DNA from: Candidatus Nanopusillus sp.
GTDB taxonomy: Archaea > Nanobdellota > Nanobdellia > Nanobdellales > Nanobdellaceae
NCBI GenBank assembly: GCA_036845085.1
Contig: DAIUEN010000013.1
Span: forward strand, 1-15,433
Direction of reading: 5' to 3'
Length of the DNA stretch: 15,433 nucleotides
The notes under the pieces were generated by a model. It was not told the DNA's origin. It made no database searches and saw nothing but the letters and a program-made list of their open reading frames with translations. The translations under genes and the position numbers were made by a program. Shown in pieces: positions 14,073 to 15,433 of this stretch (position 1 is its first letter; every line of letters starts with the position of its first letter).

Positions 14073-15425
14073 ATGATTAAAAATCTAGACTCACTAGTAA
14101 GTAGTATAAAAAATTTTAGAAATAAAATTTATAATAATCTAGATTTATTATTACAAATTTTTGTACGTTCTTTGGCGTTATCTACTAGGTATGGTAGTGC
14201 TCTTATGGTAGTACACTATAATTTTTCAAATATGCCAGATATTGTTAAATTTAGTGGAATTAAGAAAAAGATTATAGATTTATTCCAAAGAGAAGAAATC
14301 GTATATATATCTGCAGTGATATCTACTATAGCACTATTAATGTTTTTTACAAATATTCTCAATATGGATAAATATTATCAAACGGATATTTTAGTTAATC
14401 AAAGTATAGATGTAGATAATACAAATAAGAAAATAGTTTTTTGGGTAGTCCCTTGGTATAGAGAAAATTATACAATAAGTGGAGTTGAGGAAATTATAAA
14501 AGTAATAGAAAATTACAAATACAATAATATATATGTTGGCTTAGTTATTCCTTTAGATCAATTGGAACAAAAAGGACAATATGTATCTGTAATAAATAAT
14601 ACTATAAACTATATTATAAACAAAAGACCTGAATTATCTAATACGATATTCATCAATATTTTTCCTACATCTTCAGAAACTTTTAGAGGAGATCTTATAA
14701 ATTATGAGCTTTCCCAAGATCATGCAAAGTATATTACTTATATAACAAAAAAGTTGGTTGATAATGGATATAATATATATATTGGATTTAGTGAAATGGA
14801 TGGTTTAGTAAATAGAAATCCTAACTTATTAATTAAAAATTATGAAATAATACTAAATGAATTAGTTAAAGAAGGTGTAAATCTTAATAAAGTAGGGCTA
14901 TATTATTATAGTACTCATAATGTGGTCATAAATAATTTTAAATTAGTTGGCGATATGTTATTAAACTTAGCTAATAATTACGGAATAAAATCTAATGTAT
15001 ACATAGGTTTAGATAATTATAATTATAGATTTTCCGAATGTGATATGAATGGCAAGGCAGATTTACCAAATTACTTTGCTTTAAGAATTAAAGAATTATC
15101 TGAATATTATAAAGGAAATGATAAAATTAAAATAATGGTTGGAGAAATAGGAGTACCTCTGGGAAAAGAATGCGTTTCTAATTTATGGTACGATTTATCT
15201 AAGGGATGGGATTATGAAAAAGTTCTAAAATATTCTAAAGATAGTATGATTATGTGGAAATTAGTATTAGATTCTTATAAAGAATTTGATAATAATCTAT
15301 CAAATAAAATAAGTTTGGTTGGTATCTATGAAGTTGGAGGGAAAGAATATAATATATTTCTTCTTCCACAGGAAGAAAAAGATAATATTATTAAATACAT
15401 TATAGAATTCTCTATGTCAGGATAG
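14073..15425 (+). CDS. membrane-anchored extracellular protein with a (beta/alpha)8-barrel-like pattern; possible clan GH-A-like glycosidase (function speculative)
   Basis: 450 aa with one TM ('IVYISAVISTIALLMFFTNIL'). It is followed by about eight alternating hydrophobic strand/helix units: IVFWVVPW, IYVGLVIPL, TIFINIFPT, IYIGFSEMDG, KVGLYYYST, NVYIGLDNY, IKIMVGEIGVP, ISLVGIYEVGG. Glu residues sit at the ends of putative strands 4 and 7. Confidence 0.55.
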   Translation: MIKNLDSLVSSIKNFRNKIYNNLDLLLQIFVRSLALSTRYGSALMVVHYNFSNMPDIVKFSGIKKKIIDLFQREEIVYISAVISTIALLMFFTNILNMDKYYQTDILVNQSIDVDNTNKKIVFWVVPWYRENYTISGVEEIIKVIENYKYNNIYVGLVIPLDQLEQKGQYVSVINNTINYIINKRPELSNTIFINIFPTSSETFRGDLINYELSQDHAKYITYITKKLVDNGYNIYIGFSEMDGLVNRNPNLLIKNYEIILNELVKEGVNLNKVGLYYYSTHNVVINNFKLVGDMLLNLANNYGIKSNVYIGLDNYNYRFSECDMNGKADLPNYFALRIKELSEYYKGNDKIKIMVGEIGVPLGKECVSNLWYDLSKGWDYEKVLKYSKDSMIMWKLVLDSYKEFDNNLSNKISLVGIYEVGGKEYNIFLLPQEEKDNIIKYIIEFSMSG

Positions 15426-15433
15426 TACTAAAT

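Overview
This window is very AT-rich (roughly three-quarters A+T by eye), gene-dense and looks archaeal. The evidence is an archaeal-type tRNA-Gln with an A1-U72 pair, a Taw1/TYW1 gene, an ADP-forming acetyl-CoA synthetase, and TATA boxes 21-26 nt upstream of ATG codons, which implies leaderless mRNAs. No homology search was run, so all family calls rest on motifs recalled from memory. The left half (1-7069) holds housekeeping genes: Taw1, an AdoMetDC-like pyruvoyl protein, tRNA-Gln(CUG), an HTH regulator, an ACD alpha subunit interrupted by two in-frame TAA codons, a tandem-duplicated ThyX-like protein, and three hypotheticals. An unusual ~1 kb non-coding gap (7070-8070) follows, containing one GC-rich nested hairpin. 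The right half (8071-15425) is a co-directional seven-gene island in which every product has a signal peptide or TM segment. It encodes a sequon-dense surface protein, two secreted proteins with long Thr-rich arrays (about 45-50% Thr in the one counted by hand, often Thr at every second residue), a DUF2341/ConA-like protein, a compact PMT-like (GT39/GT-C) multi-pass glycosyltransferase, a tiny 2-TM protein, and a membrane-anchored (beta/alpha)8-like protein. My leading hypothesis is that this island is a cell-surface module with a dedicated protein O-glycosylation enzyme encoded next to its Thr-rich substrates. No CRISPR array, rRNA or clear mobile element was seen.
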